64,000 nucleotides of DNA from Candidatus Hydrogenedentota bacterium. GTDB taxonomy: Bacteria > Hydrogenedentota > Hydrogenedentia > Hydrogenedentales > JAEUWI01. The DNA lies in the NCBI GenBank assembly GCA_034669905.1, contig JAXMOL010000043.1, positions 1 to 64,000 of the forward strand. Reading direction: 5' to 3'. Positions 35,253 through 45,699 of the stretch are shown piece after piece. The translations under genes and the position numbers were made by a program. How positions within the stretch are numbered: position 1 is the stretch's first letter; every line of letters begins with the position of its first letter. The notes beneath the pieces are model-generated. The model worked only from the letters and a program-made list of their open reading frames with translations. It had not been told where the DNA came from and searched no databases.

Positions 35253-38200
35253 CTATTCACTGCGCAGTGCGTCAAAGTGTTCCTTGCGAAATCCCAGCAA
35301 GATGGCCCCGGCGGTGCAGCCCACGGAAACGATAAACACGAGGATGGCCAGCTGGAGTTGAATGCCCACGTCGACGGAGGACTGGGTGGCGAAGAGGGCA
35401 GGTATGACGGCGAAGGACGCGGCAAGGATGCCCGTACCAAGGCCCGCGAGGAGCAGGAATCCGTACTCCACGTAGAGCATGCGGATGATCGCATGGTGGG
35501 GGAATCCCAGGGCGCCGAGCATGGCGAGTTCGCCCCGGCGCTCCAGGAGGTTTCGCAAGACCACGATGCCCATGCCTACACTGCCGATGGCAAGTCCCAG
35601 CCCGCCAAGCACGAGGAACATGGCGAGGTAGGTGGTTTCTACGGCGTAGAATTCCATGATACGATCCACCGGTGGGAAGGCGTCGAGGCCATAGCGTTCA
35701 TAGGCGCGGTTGAGGGCCTGGGTCGTCTGCGCGGTACTTCCTTCCTCGGTGTCAATAAGAAACATGCGGAAGCCTTCTTCGGTGGGGAAGAGGCGGGTAA
35801 AGTTTTCATCGCTCAACAGAATCTTCCCCTGAAAGACACTCAGGCGCATGGGCAGGGCGCCGACCAATTGAACCGCCACCTCTTCGCCGGAGGCATTCTC
35901 ATAGCGTAATTGCCCGCCCCCTTCGAGGGAGGCTTTTTTCTTCAGGGTCCACATGGCGGTGTTGGCGTCACCTGCCAGGGCCGGAATAGCCCCGTTGGGG
36001 AGGGTCACATTGAGGCGCTCCCACAGCTCCCGGGCTTCCGCCTCCGAGGCGAAGGCACCCCGGCGAATAAAGTCGTCCACGTGAATACCCACGACACCGG
36101 GCTGTTGCGAACTGTTGAGGTTCAGGCAGCTTGCATCGGCGCCGTCGCGCACTTTGATTGCCGACACGGCGTCCTTGTCGGCCAGGCCTTCCACTACCGG
36201 TTTTTCCAGGAGAGGAAAGGTGCTTTCCGCCAGGAGATCAAAGCCGCCCGTGCCCGCCGAACGCTGGTGGGCGTTGGCCTGCAGGTCTTCCTGCATGGCG
36301 GACACAGCAAAGACGAGGAAGGCACCGCCCGCGAGGAGTGAGAGGGTGGCGATGCTCCGTCCGCGCCGTCGTGCGACGTTTTGCAGGGCGAGGCGCGAGA
36401 GGGTCAGGCGGGTGCTCTCGCCCGTGCCGAGGCGCATGAGCGTATAGCGGCACAGCAACAACACGGCGACCAGCAGGAGGCTGCCTGCACCAAAGCCCAG
36501 GAGCGATGCGTTGTGCACCTGGGTCATGAGGAGTCCCACCAGGGCCAGGAAGGCGAGGAGCACGCCACCGAGTCCACCGATAAGGCTCAAGCCCTGGGCA
36601 CGCCCGTCGCCACTGGTGCGCAGGGCTTGCGAGAAGTCGGTTTGCAGGAGCTCCCGGGCGGGGCGCTTCAGGTGGCGGCGCAGGGCAATGTACATGGTGA
36701 CCATGGCGCACACGATGCTGATGAGGGTCCCGAGGAGCAGTGTCCCCGTCGTGGCGTGGTAGCGGATGGCCGCATTGGCCAGTGCCCCTTGCCAATAGTG
36801 GGCGAGTCCAAAGAGGAGGGCGCGGGTGTAGAGGGTGGAGAAGGCAGCACCCAGCAGGGCCCCCACGGTGGCCAGTAGTAACCCCTCGGCGAGGTATAGA
36901 CGGCGTACGTGTTTGGGAAGGAGTCCCACGGCCAGGAGCATACCCATTTCACGGGTGCGGTGCTGAATGCCGAAGACAAACAAGAGCCCCGTCAGAATCA
37001 GGGCCGCGGCGATGATGAAAAAGCTCATCCCGATGAAGAGACCGCCGAAATCCATGGCGTTGTTGACCGCTTCCCGGGCCTGGGCCTGTACCGGTTGGAA
37101 TTCGAGTCCCATGAGGGCCGGGTCGAGGGCCGCGGTTAATGTAGTGGTCAGGGCGGGGATGTCCGCTTCTGTTCCGGGATAGCGGATGGCGGTGTAGGCG
37201 CCGAATCGGTTCGCCCACATGTCCTGTCCCGCAGCCAGGGTGACGAGGCCCTTGGGCAATTGCCGGTAGGCATCCCAATAGGCCTCATTGGCTTCGTCTT
37301 CGAGCTTCTCGTCGTCCATCGGCATGCCGACGTCCCAGTCGGCACAACTGTCGACATCACTCAGGCCGGGGAATACGGGCATCATGGCGCGTTCCCCCTG
37401 GAGGGCTTCCATCTCGCGGACGGAATGGACCCGGAAGTCCCGCGTGTGTTCGACGAATTCATTGGCGGCCGTCAGTTCATAGTAGGCCACCGTGACCCTA
37501 TCCCCGATCGCCAGGGAAAGTTGGTCGGCGAGCCAGCGGTTGACCACCATCTCGTCGTCGGCCATGTCCGGGGGAACCGGTCCGGCTGTCATGAAGGAAT
37601 AGGGCGTCGTGCCTTTTGCGCTCTCCAGGCTGTTGACCAGGTAGGTCAGCGTGCCCGAAGCACCCTCCCGGGCCAGTGCGGCCCGGGCCACGTCCTCGGC
37701 GATATAGACCCCCTCGGATTCGAGTTGCACGATGTTCCCGGGGTAGGCTTCGAGGGAGAGGCCCGAGTCGGCAATTCGCCAGGACGCCTCCAATGCCGCC
37801 TGAAGGGTATCGGTCGGGGTGTCCTGGGGCGAGAGGAGGAGATTCACCTTACCGGGAAGCTCCAACTGTGCCTGGAGGGCATCCCGTTGGGTGAAGGCGT
37901 TGTAGGGCGCGATCTGGGTGGGTGCGAGACTGAAGCGTCCCAGGCTGTCGTCGGGCAGCACGGATTTCACCGTATAGCTGCGGCGAACCGAGCGATCATC
38001 ATCCCGCGCCGAGAGCCCGGCATCTCGGGGGAGGAGGGAAGGTTTTTCTACGCGGAGGGCCACTTCATCACCCGCCGCGGCTCCCAGTGCTTCTGCGAGT
38101 TTCTGGCTGAGGGCGACTTCGTTGGCTTCGAGGGAAAGGGGCTCCCCGTCGGCCAGGGTCCAAAAAGTGTCGGTTACGCCCACCACATCAACCAGGTTTA

Positions 38201-38513
38201 CCTGTTGGCGGTCGTCGGCCTGGTTGCCCTGGGTGATGGCCATGCCACGGAGGGCCAGCGCTGCCACGACAGGCGCTCCAGTGCGTTCGCTCAGCCGTTC
38301 GGCGAGTTGTTGATCCACGTAATTGGTGCGGGTACTGATGGCATGTTGCGTATGCCCCAGCCGCAATTCCGCAAATCGATTGAGTGAGTAATCGACCGAG
38401 TCGCCCACGAGGAGGGCCCCGGTGAGCACGGCGGCTGCGAGGGCGACCCCGAGTAATACGCCCAGATGCATGCGCCAGTAATAGCGCAGGCTGCTTTTTA
38501 TCAGGTGGGTCAT
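35253..38513 (-). CDS. Large ABC transporter permease with duplicated MacB/FtsX domains
   Basis: ALLVGDSV, RTREMGMLLAVG, ERRGELAMLGALG; ATGA overlap with the ATPase. Confidence 0.9.
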   Translation of the reverse strand: MTHLIKSSLRYYWRMHLGVLLGVALAAAVLTGALLVGDSVDYSLNRFAELRLGHTQHAISTRTNYVDQQLAERLSERTGAPVVAALALRGMAITQGNQADDRQQVNLVDVVGVTDTFWTLADGEPLSLEANEVALSQKLAEALGAAAGDEVALRVEKPSLLPRDAGLSARDDDRSVRRSYTVKSVLPDDSLGRFSLAPTQIAPYNAFTQRDALQAQLELPGKVNLLLSPQDTPTDTLQAALEASWRIADSGLSLEAYPGNIVQLESEGVYIAEDVARAALAREGASGTLTYLVNSLESAKGTTPYSFMTAGPVPPDMADDEMVVNRWLADQLSLAIGDRVTVAYYELTAANEFVEHTRDFRVHSVREMEALQGERAMMPVFPGLSDVDSCADWDVGMPMDDEKLEDEANEAYWDAYRQLPKGLVTLAAGQDMWANRFGAYTAIRYPGTEADIPALTTTLTAALDPALMGLEFQPVQAQAREAVNNAMDFGGLFIGMSFFIIAAALILTGLLFVFGIQHRTREMGMLLAVGLLPKHVRRLYLAEGLLLATVGALLGAAFSTLYTRALLFGLAHYWQGALANAAIRYHATTGTLLLGTLISIVCAMVTMYIALRRHLKRPARELLQTDFSQALRTSGDGRAQGLSLIGGLGGVLLAFLALVGLLMTQVHNASLLGFGAGSLLLVAVLLLCRYTLMRLGTGESTRLTLSRLALQNVARRRGRSIATLSLLAGGAFLVFAVSAMQEDLQANAHQRSAGTGGFDLLAESTFPLLEKPVVEGLADKDAVSAIKVRDGADASCLNLNSSQQPGVVGIHVDDFIRRGAFASEAEARELWERLNVTLPNGAIPALAGDANTAMWTLKKKASLEGGGQLRYENASGEEVAVQLVGALPMRLSVFQGKILLSDENFTRLFPTEEGFRMFLIDTEEGSTAQTTQALNRAYERYGLDAFPPVDRIMEFYAVETTYLAMFLVLGGLGLAIGSVGMGIVVLRNLLERRGELAMLGALGFPHHAIIRMLYVEYGFLLLAGLGTGILAASFAVIPALFATQSSVDVGIQLQLAILVFIVSVGCTAGAILLGFRKEHFDALRSE

Positions 38514-39205
38514 GAGGCATCCCCCTGGGGGAGCAGTTGACCGGATTTCAAGGTGTATACCGTACCCATGCGTGCGGCCACGTCAGGTGCGTGGGTGACC
38601 ACAATCAGTCCCATCTTGTGTTCCGCGTTCAGCTCCAGGAGGAGATCGGTCAGGGCCCCGGAACCTTCCTCACTCAACGCGCCGGTCGGCTCGTCGGCGA
38701 GGAGGAGATCGGGTTGGTTAATCAAGGCCCGCACTACGGCGACCCGTTGCCGTTCGCCCCCGGAAAGTTGGCCGGGACGGTGGTTTACCCGATGACCCAG
38801 GCCGACCCGGTCCAGCAACTGGCGGGCGCGCTCTGGTGCATCGGGGTCGGGCGTGCCTGCGAGGGTAGGCACCAGGACGTTTTCCAGGGCTGTGCATTGG
38901 GGCAAGAGGTGGTGGAGCTGAAAGACAAAGCCGATGGCGCGATTGCGGAAGGCGGCCCGGTCCGTTTCATCGAAGTCATCCAGCCCTTCACCGTTGAAGG
39001 TAATCGTGCCGTTGGTGGGGGTGTCCAGCAGGCCGATCAGGTTCAGGAGTGTGCTCTTGCCACAGCCGGAAGGCCCGACGATAGCCAGGGATTCGCCTGT
39101 GTGCACCTGAAGGTTGATGTCTTCGAGGACCGCGGTCGGGGTGCCGTCGCCGTCGTAGGTCTTGCTGATGTGCGAAAGTGAAAGAATGGGGGCGGTATTG
39201 TCCAC
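38510..39205 (-). CDS. ABC ATP-binding protein, LolD/MacB type
   Basis: GPSGCGKST, GFVFQLHHLL, LSGGERQRVA, LLADEPTG; GTG start at 39205 inferred. Confidence 0.93.
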   Translation of the reverse strand: MDNTAPILSLSHISKTYDGDGTPTAVLEDINLQVHTGESLAIVGPSGCGKSTLLNLIGLLDTPTNGTITFNGEGLDDFDETDRAAFRNRAIGFVFQLHHLLPQCTALENVLVPTLAGTPDPDAPERARQLLDRVGLGHRVNHRPGQLSGGERQRVAVVRALINQPDLLLADEPTGALSEEGSGALTDLLLELNAEHKMGLIVVTHAPDVAARMGTVYTLKSGQLLPQGDAS

Positions 39206-39242
39206 AATAAAATAACCTGTCTGGTTGGAGGTAATCGGCGCG

Positions 39243-40586
39243 CTACTCGGGAGTGCCAAAGGCGCTGAGACTACCATCATCACTACCGACGATAATCATC
39301 CCCTCGATAATAGAGGGCGAAGAAATTTCATCACTGACTTCAAAGGACCACAGTTCCTTGCCCGTTTCCAATGCCAGGAGGGATAGGACCCCGCCCGCAC
39401 CGACCACGACCTTATCCCGCGCAATGACGGGGGACATGGTCAGGCCCCGGGCGGCGAATTTCCAGCGCAGCGATCCGTTGGCACGATCGAGGGCATAGAA
39501 GTTGTCATCCATGGAGCCGAAAATAACGTGGGTGGGGGATACGGCGGGTGTGGTGAAGATTTCGCTTTCCGCATCGGTGTTGCTCCACACGATCTCGCCC
39601 GTCTTGGTGTCGGCGTGGAAGAGTTCCCCGCTGTGGCTTCCGGAGAAGAGGGAGGTGCCCCGAAAGGCCACGCCCCCGGCCACCTGATCGTCGTCACCCA
39701 GCGAGATGTTATGGAGGATTTCGCCCGAGTCGGCGGAAATGACATGCAAGGCCGAAGCACAGCTACCGAAGGCCAGGACGCCCGCGCCGCTGGAGGGGGA
39801 GCCGTCGCAGCGATCGATGGGTTCACTTTTCCAGAGGGGCGTGCCGTCATTCATGTTGAGGCAATGGAGGGCGCCGTCGTCCTGCCCGATGACATAAACA
39901 CGCGGGGGCAGGTCTCCTGCGGCAGGTTGCATGGTGACGGCACCGAGAATGGTGCTGTCGATATCGGTCTGCCACTTGTCCTTGCCCGTGGCAGCATCCA
40001 GGGCATGGAGGGTACCCGCCATGGTACCGACGAAGACCGTTTCGCCAAAGCAGGATACGGGGCCGTCAACGCGGGCGTTTTTCTCCGTCTGATCCACGGG
40101 CGATATGCGCGTGAGTTGCTTGGACCAGGCTTTGACGCCCTTGAAGTCCACCCCGAAAACTTCGCCCTTGCTGGTGACGAAATGAAGCAGTTTCTCCGAG
40201 GCGACCGGGCCATGGTAGATGGCCCCATTGGCCTGAAAGCGCCACAGGCGACTGGGTTCGTCCGGCAGGGACACATCGATGACGCCAGCCAGCTGGGCGT
40301 CTCCGTGATAGGTAGACCATTGCTGGGCGGTTGGCTCATCGGTGGGGGGCGGGGGTGTTGCTGGGCTTTCTTTGGGGGCCGGGACGACCTCAGGGGCCGA
40401 CTCAGTCCATGGGGTCGTTGCGGCGGGCGCGGGGGCCGGGGGCGTTTCTTGTGCCTTGGGCGCGGGAGTGACCGCTGATTCTTTGGCGGTCGGTGCCGAT
40501 GTGAACCATCCCTGCATCACGCCCCATCCGAGCACCAACACAATGATGACAAAGAAGGGGGCCATAGAAACTAACTTGTCTTTCAT
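39243..40586 (-). CDS. Membrane-anchored PQQ-like/BamB beta-propeller with Pro-rich linker
   Basis: N-terminal TM, PAPAP linker, WSTYHGD, repeated ALDxxTGxxxW. Confidence 0.88.
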   Translation of the reverse strand: MKDKLVSMAPFFVIIVLVLGWGVMQGWFTSAPTAKESAVTPAPKAQETPPAPAPAATTPWTESAPEVVPAPKESPATPPPPTDEPTAQQWSTYHGDAQLAGVIDVSLPDEPSRLWRFQANGAIYHGPVASEKLLHFVTSKGEVFGVDFKGVKAWSKQLTRISPVDQTEKNARVDGPVSCFGETVFVGTMAGTLHALDAATGKDKWQTDIDSTILGAVTMQPAAGDLPPRVYVIGQDDGALHCLNMNDGTPLWKSEPIDRCDGSPSSGAGVLAFGSCASALHVISADSGEILHNISLGDDDQVAGGVAFRGTSLFSGSHSGELFHADTKTGEIVWSNTDAESEIFTTPAVSPTHVIFGSMDDNFYALDRANGSLRWKFAARGLTMSPVIARDKVVVGAGGVLSLLALETGKELWSFEVSDEISSPSIIEGMIIVGSDDGSLSAFGTPE

Positions 40587-41875
40587 GAATTCACATACCT
40601 CGAATAGACGGCGAGCGTACGTTCGGCCATACGCTCGGTTGAAAACTGTTCCTGTACCGCGGTGCGACCGGCTTCGCCCAGGGCTTTCGCCTTATCGTAA
40701 TCCAGCAAGAGGGCTTCCAGCGTGCGGGTGAGGCCATCGGCATCGCTCGGGTCATAGAGCAAGCCACCACCCGTTGCATGGACGACTTCGGGGAAGGCAC
40801 CGGCGGCCGGTTGCACCACCGGAACGCCCGAGGCCAGGGACTCGATAATAAAAAGCCCAAAGGCTTCGCCTTCTTCCGCCGGGACCGACATAACTGAGAT
40901 GGATTGGATGAACTTGAGACGTTCTTCCGCGTCAAAGTCATCCAGAAACTCGACATCGTGTTCCATGCCATGTTTCGCGAGCTTTTTCTTGAGCCATTTC
41001 ACATAGGTTACATCGCCCCCCACCTGGCCACCCGTTGCCCGCAGTTTAAGGTTGCCGAGCCGCGGGTGTTGTTTCAGGTGGATGAAGGCGTCGATCAGCT
41101 TACCCAGTCCCAGGGAATCGGTCATCTTGGAGAGATAGCCGATGACCGGTGGGTCAAAGGAAAGGGTGCCGCCGTTTGTTTCCGGCGTCTTGATACCCAG
41201 GTGGACCACATAAACCTTGTCATCGGGGAGGGCCATCCGCTTTTTCATGACGTCGGCATACCACTGGCTCACCGCGACGAAGGCGTCCACGTCTTTGCCG
41301 CAGTGGGTCATGGCTTCCCAGCAGAGCTGGCGATAGGGCTCATCAATCGCTTCGATCCAGGGTTCTTCATCCTGGAGACTACAGAACAGGGGGCAGTTGA
41401 GGGTGTCTTTCAGGGTGCGCGCCATACCCAGGAGCAGCGCATTGGACAGGTGGATGACGTCGGGCTTCTCCTGATCGCGCAACCACGTGATCATCCGGTC
41501 CAGTTCTTTCTTCTGGTGCCCTTCGGGACCTTCCAACATGGAGAGGGTCATGGGGCCCAGCCCTGCGGCCTCGGTGCTGCCTTCTTTCTTGGCGGCCTGG
41601 CGGAGCATCCATGCCCCGTCAAAGAGCTTGTCCAGCCAACGGGGTGTGCGTCGGAAAAGGGGGAACTTCTGCTGAAGGTAGCAGTTGATTCCCCCGAAGA
41701 ACACGGGCGTGTCGTCATTGATATCGGGCGCATCCACCAGGAGGGGCAGATAGACCGGTATCATCAGGACCTCATGCCCTTCCCGACGCAAGGTGCGGAC
41801 GAGCTCGATATCGCGCATGCAATTCTGGCAATAGAAGGTGCCACCGGTTCCGGGGACGATGTAGACAATTTTCAT
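40583..41875 (-). CDS. Glycosyltransferase family 4 (GT-B) with N-terminal CxxC
   Basis: PGTGGTFYCQNCMRD; EAFGLFIIESLASGVPVV (EX7E). Confidence 0.9.
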   Translation of the reverse strand: MKIVYIVPGTGGTFYCQNCMRDIELVRTLRREGHEVLMIPVYLPLLVDAPDINDDTPVFFGGINCYLQQKFPLFRRTPRWLDKLFDGAWMLRQAAKKEGSTEAAGLGPMTLSMLEGPEGHQKKELDRMITWLRDQEKPDVIHLSNALLLGMARTLKDTLNCPLFCSLQDEEPWIEAIDEPYRQLCWEAMTHCGKDVDAFVAVSQWYADVMKKRMALPDDKVYVVHLGIKTPETNGGTLSFDPPVIGYLSKMTDSLGLGKLIDAFIHLKQHPRLGNLKLRATGGQVGGDVTYVKWLKKKLAKHGMEHDVEFLDDFDAEERLKFIQSISVMSVPAEEGEAFGLFIIESLASGVPVVQPAAGAFPEVVHATGGGLLYDPSDADGLTRTLEALLLDYDKAKALGEAGRTAVQEQFSTERMAERTLAVYSRYVNS

Positions 41876-41959
41876 GACGGCCTTTGTCCGGTTTACTTCG
41901 TGCTATGAAACGATTCTGGGAGCGCTGAGTCGCACCGCCACAGGGCGTGCGCAGGACAC

Positions 41960-43240
41960 TCAGGGAGCCTTCAGGTCAAGGCACTTCATTTCGCTTTGAC
42001 TGCGCACCACCAACTTGCCATTAGAAAGGGCCATGGGCGACCAGATTTTCTTCCCATCGAGCACCTTGGCCTTGGCGATTTCCACGTAGCCGCGTTGAGA
42101 AGGCGAGATGAGGTGGAGGATGCCCGTGTTGCCATCGAGATTCAAAATCATGCCATCGGCAAAGAGCAGGTTGCCCCGTTCGAAGCTGGGCAGTGCGCCA
42201 TCATCTTCGGTACGCCACTGCAATTTCCCGTCAAGCGTCATGCAGACCATGCCGTCGCGACGGCGATTGCCGTTGCTGTTGGCGTAGAGGGCGTTCTCAA
42301 TGAGGAGGGGCTGGTGAATCTGGCTGCCGACTTGGTCCGTCGTGAAGAGTTCTTTCACCCGGAAATCAGCCCCATCACGCGCTACCTGAATCATGGCCGA
42401 ACCCGCGCCGTATTCCCCGGTGATGAAGAGACGGTTGTCGGGAAGGGGCGTCGCGTTGGGAATGGGAATCTTGCAGTTCCAGTTGTCATAGGACCAGAGC
42501 AGGCGCCCATCGTCCAGGGCAATACCGGAGACCGTGCCGCCCTTGCCGCCCGGTGCGGTAATCATGACGATCTGTTCTTCTCCGTCGAGCGTGGTGACCA
42601 ACGGGGAAGAATAGCCGACCCCATCCAGATCAGCGTTGGCCCACACCTGTTTTCCGGTCTTTTGATCGTAGGCCGCTACAAAGGCGTCGGGTGCCTGGGG
42701 TGCCACGATGACGAGATCTTTATACAGGGCGGGGGACTGGGAAAAGCCCCAATTGGGCAATCCCATTTTATGCTCGTCGCGGAGGTCGTGCTGCCACGCG
42801 ATTTTATGTGTGGCCCGGTCATAGCAGGTGAAGTGCCCCATGAGACCCACGGTGTAAATATGGGTGTCCGTTACCGTGGGGGTGGTCCGGGAGCCGTCAT
42901 GACTCGTCGAGCCGGGAGCGTCGTAGCTCACGGTCCACAAGACCTTGCCGGAGTCGAGTGCGAGACAACGGAGTACATCGCGGGCGTCGTCTTCCCGATC
43001 GAGGAAATACACTTCCCCATCACGGATGGCCGGACCGCCGAAGCCCTCCTGGGCGGCAAAGGTCCAGAGGGTGCGGGGTCCGCCGTCCGGCCAATCCCGC
43101 AGGAGGCCGGTTTCCGGAGAGGTTCCGTTTCGGTCGGGGCCCTGAAACTGGGGCCAGTCGGCGGCCATCGTCGTGGCAGGCCAGGCCAATGCCGTGGCGA
43201 GAGCGCAAGAAAGAGAGGCGCGTAGCAGTGAGCTCAACAT
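41960..43240 (-). CDS. Secreted PQQ-like/BamB beta-propeller
   Basis: Signal peptide; ADWPQFQGPDRNG; GKxxW repeats. Confidence 0.9.
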   Translation of the reverse strand: MLSSLLRASLSCALATALAWPATTMAADWPQFQGPDRNGTSPETGLLRDWPDGGPRTLWTFAAQEGFGGPAIRDGEVYFLDREDDARDVLRCLALDSGKVLWTVSYDAPGSTSHDGSRTTPTVTDTHIYTVGLMGHFTCYDRATHKIAWQHDLRDEHKMGLPNWGFSQSPALYKDLVIVAPQAPDAFVAAYDQKTGKQVWANADLDGVGYSSPLVTTLDGEEQIVMITAPGGKGGTVSGIALDDGRLLWSYDNWNCKIPIPNATPLPDNRLFITGEYGAGSAMIQVARDGADFRVKELFTTDQVGSQIHQPLLIENALYANSNGNRRRDGMVCMTLDGKLQWRTEDDGALPSFERGNLLFADGMILNLDGNTGILHLISPSQRGYVEIAKAKVLDGKKIWSPMALSNGKLVVRSQSEMKCLDLKAP

Positions 43241-43467
43241 GGTAATACTCCTTGGTTATTTCCGTCCCGCCACGCGGGGAAGCGTCTGTGTATGCGATAC
43301 TTGCAGCCGCGCAGAGTCTTCGTTTAGAGTTGTATTCACAAGCGGCATCCCTTTGTTTCATTGACGTGATGCCGTATCGATAGTATAGGGCAAACGACTA
43401 CCGCGTCCACAGTTTTACCCGCGCGGTAAAACAGACGCTTTCCGATGCGACAGAAAAGGAATTGACG

Positions 43468-44772
43468 ATGAAAATGAGTGCCATTCGCAGTCTGCTGACC
43501 GCGATGACCCTGGCCGTGTTAGCGGCTCCATCAGCAATCGGGGAAGACTGGCCGCATTTCCGTGGCCCCCAGTTTAACGGGACCAGTAGCGAGACGGGAT
43601 TGCCCGGTGCCTGGAGCAAAGACAACGTCGTCTGGACCGTGCCCATGCCCGGACCGAGTTCGGCCTCGCCCATCGTCCTGGGTGACCGCGTCTACTGCGT
43701 GTCCAACAGCGACGAAATGGAATCCCTGACGGCGTTCTGTATCAATCGGGATAGCGGGGCCGTGATTTGGCAGAAGGAATTTGCCGAGGGGGTGGAGCAG
43801 CCCCGGCGCAACACCCTGGCTTCACCCTCGCCCGTGACCGACGGGGAGCAGGTCTATTTTACCTTTGGTACGGGCGATTTGATCGCCACGGACCTGGACG
43901 GGAACGTGGCCTGGAAGCTTAACCTCATCGAGAAGTATGGCCCCATCAGCCAGCAATTCGGATATAGCGCCACGCCCCTCTATTTCCAGGGAAAGCTCTA
44001 CGTGGCGGTCATGCGGGGCCAGTGGGACCGGAAGCAGCTGGACGACTTCACGGACGAAGACTCGTTCATCCTCTGCCTCGACACGAAGACGGGTAAGGAA
44101 GTCTGGAAAACGCACCGCAACAGCGACGGTGCCGACGAGGCCTTTGATTCGTACACCAGCCCCATGCCCTATGAGCACGATGGGGTATCTGCAATTATTA
44201 CCCAGGGTGCCAACTATGTTATCGCCCACGACCCGAAGACGGGGGATGAACTGTGGCGTCAGAACCACAACCCGGAGCGCGGTCGCATGTGGCGCCTGAT
44301 TCCGTCACCGGTGATGGCCGATGGCCTGGTCATTGGGGTGCAGCCCCGGGGGCTTTCGCCCTTCGCCATTCAGCCCGAGGCCGGTAAGTCCTTTGCCTTC
44401 GACGAGTCCCTGTGGATTTACGATGGCAAGACGACCGACGTGCCCACGCCCGTCTATGAAGACGGTCGGGTCTACCTCCTCAATGGCGTGCGAAAGTTGC
44501 TGTATTGCCTCGATGCGAAGACGGGCAAGGAATTGTGGGTCGGCGAAGTGGATGCCGATAGCCGTATCTGGGCTTCCCCCGTGGTTGCGGATGGGAAGAT
44601 GTATTGCCTGACGCAGGATGGCCAGGTAGTGACCATGCGCGTGGGTGAGCAATTCGAGATGCTTTCCACCGTGAGCTTTGGCGGGAAAGAGTGCAAGTCC
44701 ACCATCGCCATTTCGGACAAGAAATTATTCATTCGTACGTCGGATGCCCTCTACTGTGTGGCGGCGGGCTGA
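43468..44772 (+). CDS. Secreted PQQ-like/BamB beta-propeller
   Basis: Signal peptide; EDWPHFRGP; CLDxKTGKExW repeats; divergent from 41960-43240. Confidence 0.9.
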   Translation: MKMSAIRSLLTAMTLAVLAAPSAIGEDWPHFRGPQFNGTSSETGLPGAWSKDNVVWTVPMPGPSSASPIVLGDRVYCVSNSDEMESLTAFCINRDSGAVIWQKEFAEGVEQPRRNTLASPSPVTDGEQVYFTFGTGDLIATDLDGNVAWKLNLIEKYGPISQQFGYSATPLYFQGKLYVAVMRGQWDRKQLDDFTDEDSFILCLDTKTGKEVWKTHRNSDGADEAFDSYTSPMPYEHDGVSAIITQGANYVIAHDPKTGDELWRQNHNPERGRMWRLIPSPVMADGLVIGVQPRGLSPFAIQPEAGKSFAFDESLWIYDGKTTDVPTPVYEDGRVYLLNGVRKLLYCLDAKTGKELWVGEVDADSRIWASPVVADGKMYCLTQDGQVVTMRVGEQFEMLSTVSFGGKECKSTIAISDKKLFIRTSDALYCVAAG

Positions 44773-44795
44773 GCCGATTTAGAAACAATGCTCGA

Positions 44796-44827
44796 GCGGG
44801 CGGGTCCTCTGGGATCCGCCCGTTTTT
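44796..44827 (+). terminator. Intrinsic terminator
   Basis: cgggcgggtcc-tctg-ggatccgcccg followed by ttttt. Confidence 0.75.
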
Positions 44828-45007
44828 CGTTGCGGTGCCAGGCACCCTTTGGGGACCTATCCGTTTTGTGCAGGGCCTGACTCACGATACTCCCCCTTCG
44901 CGTTGTATACTGTTGCTCTGCCTCCATTGACCTCTGTTTGGGTGTCCCAACGAATGAATTAATGGGGGGCGCACGGAACAACGATGAACCGGCAGGAATG
45001 TAGTTCG

Positions 45008-45244
45008 ATGAAGAAAATTCAGATACTTGGAACCGGCTGTGCCACCTGCACACGTCTGGCGTCCATGACCCAGGAAGCTGCGGAGTCCCTTGGGCTCGAA
45101 TTTACCTTGGAAAAAGTGACGGCCATCGAAGATATCATGACCTACGATATCGTGGCGACACCCGGCTTGGTGGTCGATGGGGAAGTGAAAGTCTCCGGTC
45201 GGCTCCCTTCGGACGACGAACTGCGGACCTTGCTCACGGAATGA
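45008..45244 (+). CDS. Small redox-active disulfide protein (MTH895/TM0996 thioredoxin family)
   Basis: MKKIQILGTGCATC...TPGLVVDGEVKVSGRLP. Confidence 0.92.
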   Translation: MKKIQILGTGCATCTRLASMTQEAAESLGLEFTLEKVTAIEDIMTYDIVATPGLVVDGEVKVSGRLPSDDELRTLLTE

Positions 45245-45699
45245 AGCAGGCTTTCTCCATAACGATTCTAATGCTCGCCCTGGGCAGTGTTCTCTACGTC
45301 CTGAGCGGCTCCGACGCCATCGCACCCACACCGCCAAACGTGTCGGCAGGCGGGGAGAACGACGGACTCGTCGTCTACTATTTCGATATGGGCAAGGATT
45401 GCAGCACCTGTCTCAATCTGGAGTCCTACACCCACGAAACCCTCACGACTTATTTCGCAGACGCTTTGGCCAACGGTGCTATACAGTGGCGGGTTGTCGA
45501 TGTCGACGTGTCGGAACACGGCCATTTTGTGGAGGATTTCGGGCTCTACACCAAATCGGTCGTACTGGCCCGGTATGCCGATGGGGCCGTGGTGGCGTAT
45601 GAGAATCTGAGCCGTATCTGGGAGTTGGTCTATGACAAAGCTGCCTACATGGACTACGTACGGGAGCAAGTAGATACCGCGCTCGGAGCGAATTCGTGA
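45241..45699 (+). CDS. ArsF-like exported thioredoxin-fold protein
   Basis: Signal/TM; VVYYF..CSTCLNLE; sits between the small thioredoxin and a CcdA-like permease. Confidence 0.75.
   Translation: MKQAFSITILMLALGSVLYVLSGSDAIAPTPPNVSAGGENDGLVVYYFDMGKDCSTCLNLESYTHETLTTYFADALANGAIQWRVVDVDVSEHGHFVEDFGLYTKSVVLARYADGAVVAYENLSRIWELVYDKAAYMDYVREQVDTALGANS

Noticed and set aside
41960..44772. Calling the propellers BamB or PQQ dehydrogenases
   Set aside because: No lipobox or bam context and shorter than quinoprotein alcohol dehydrogenases; only the fold is supported
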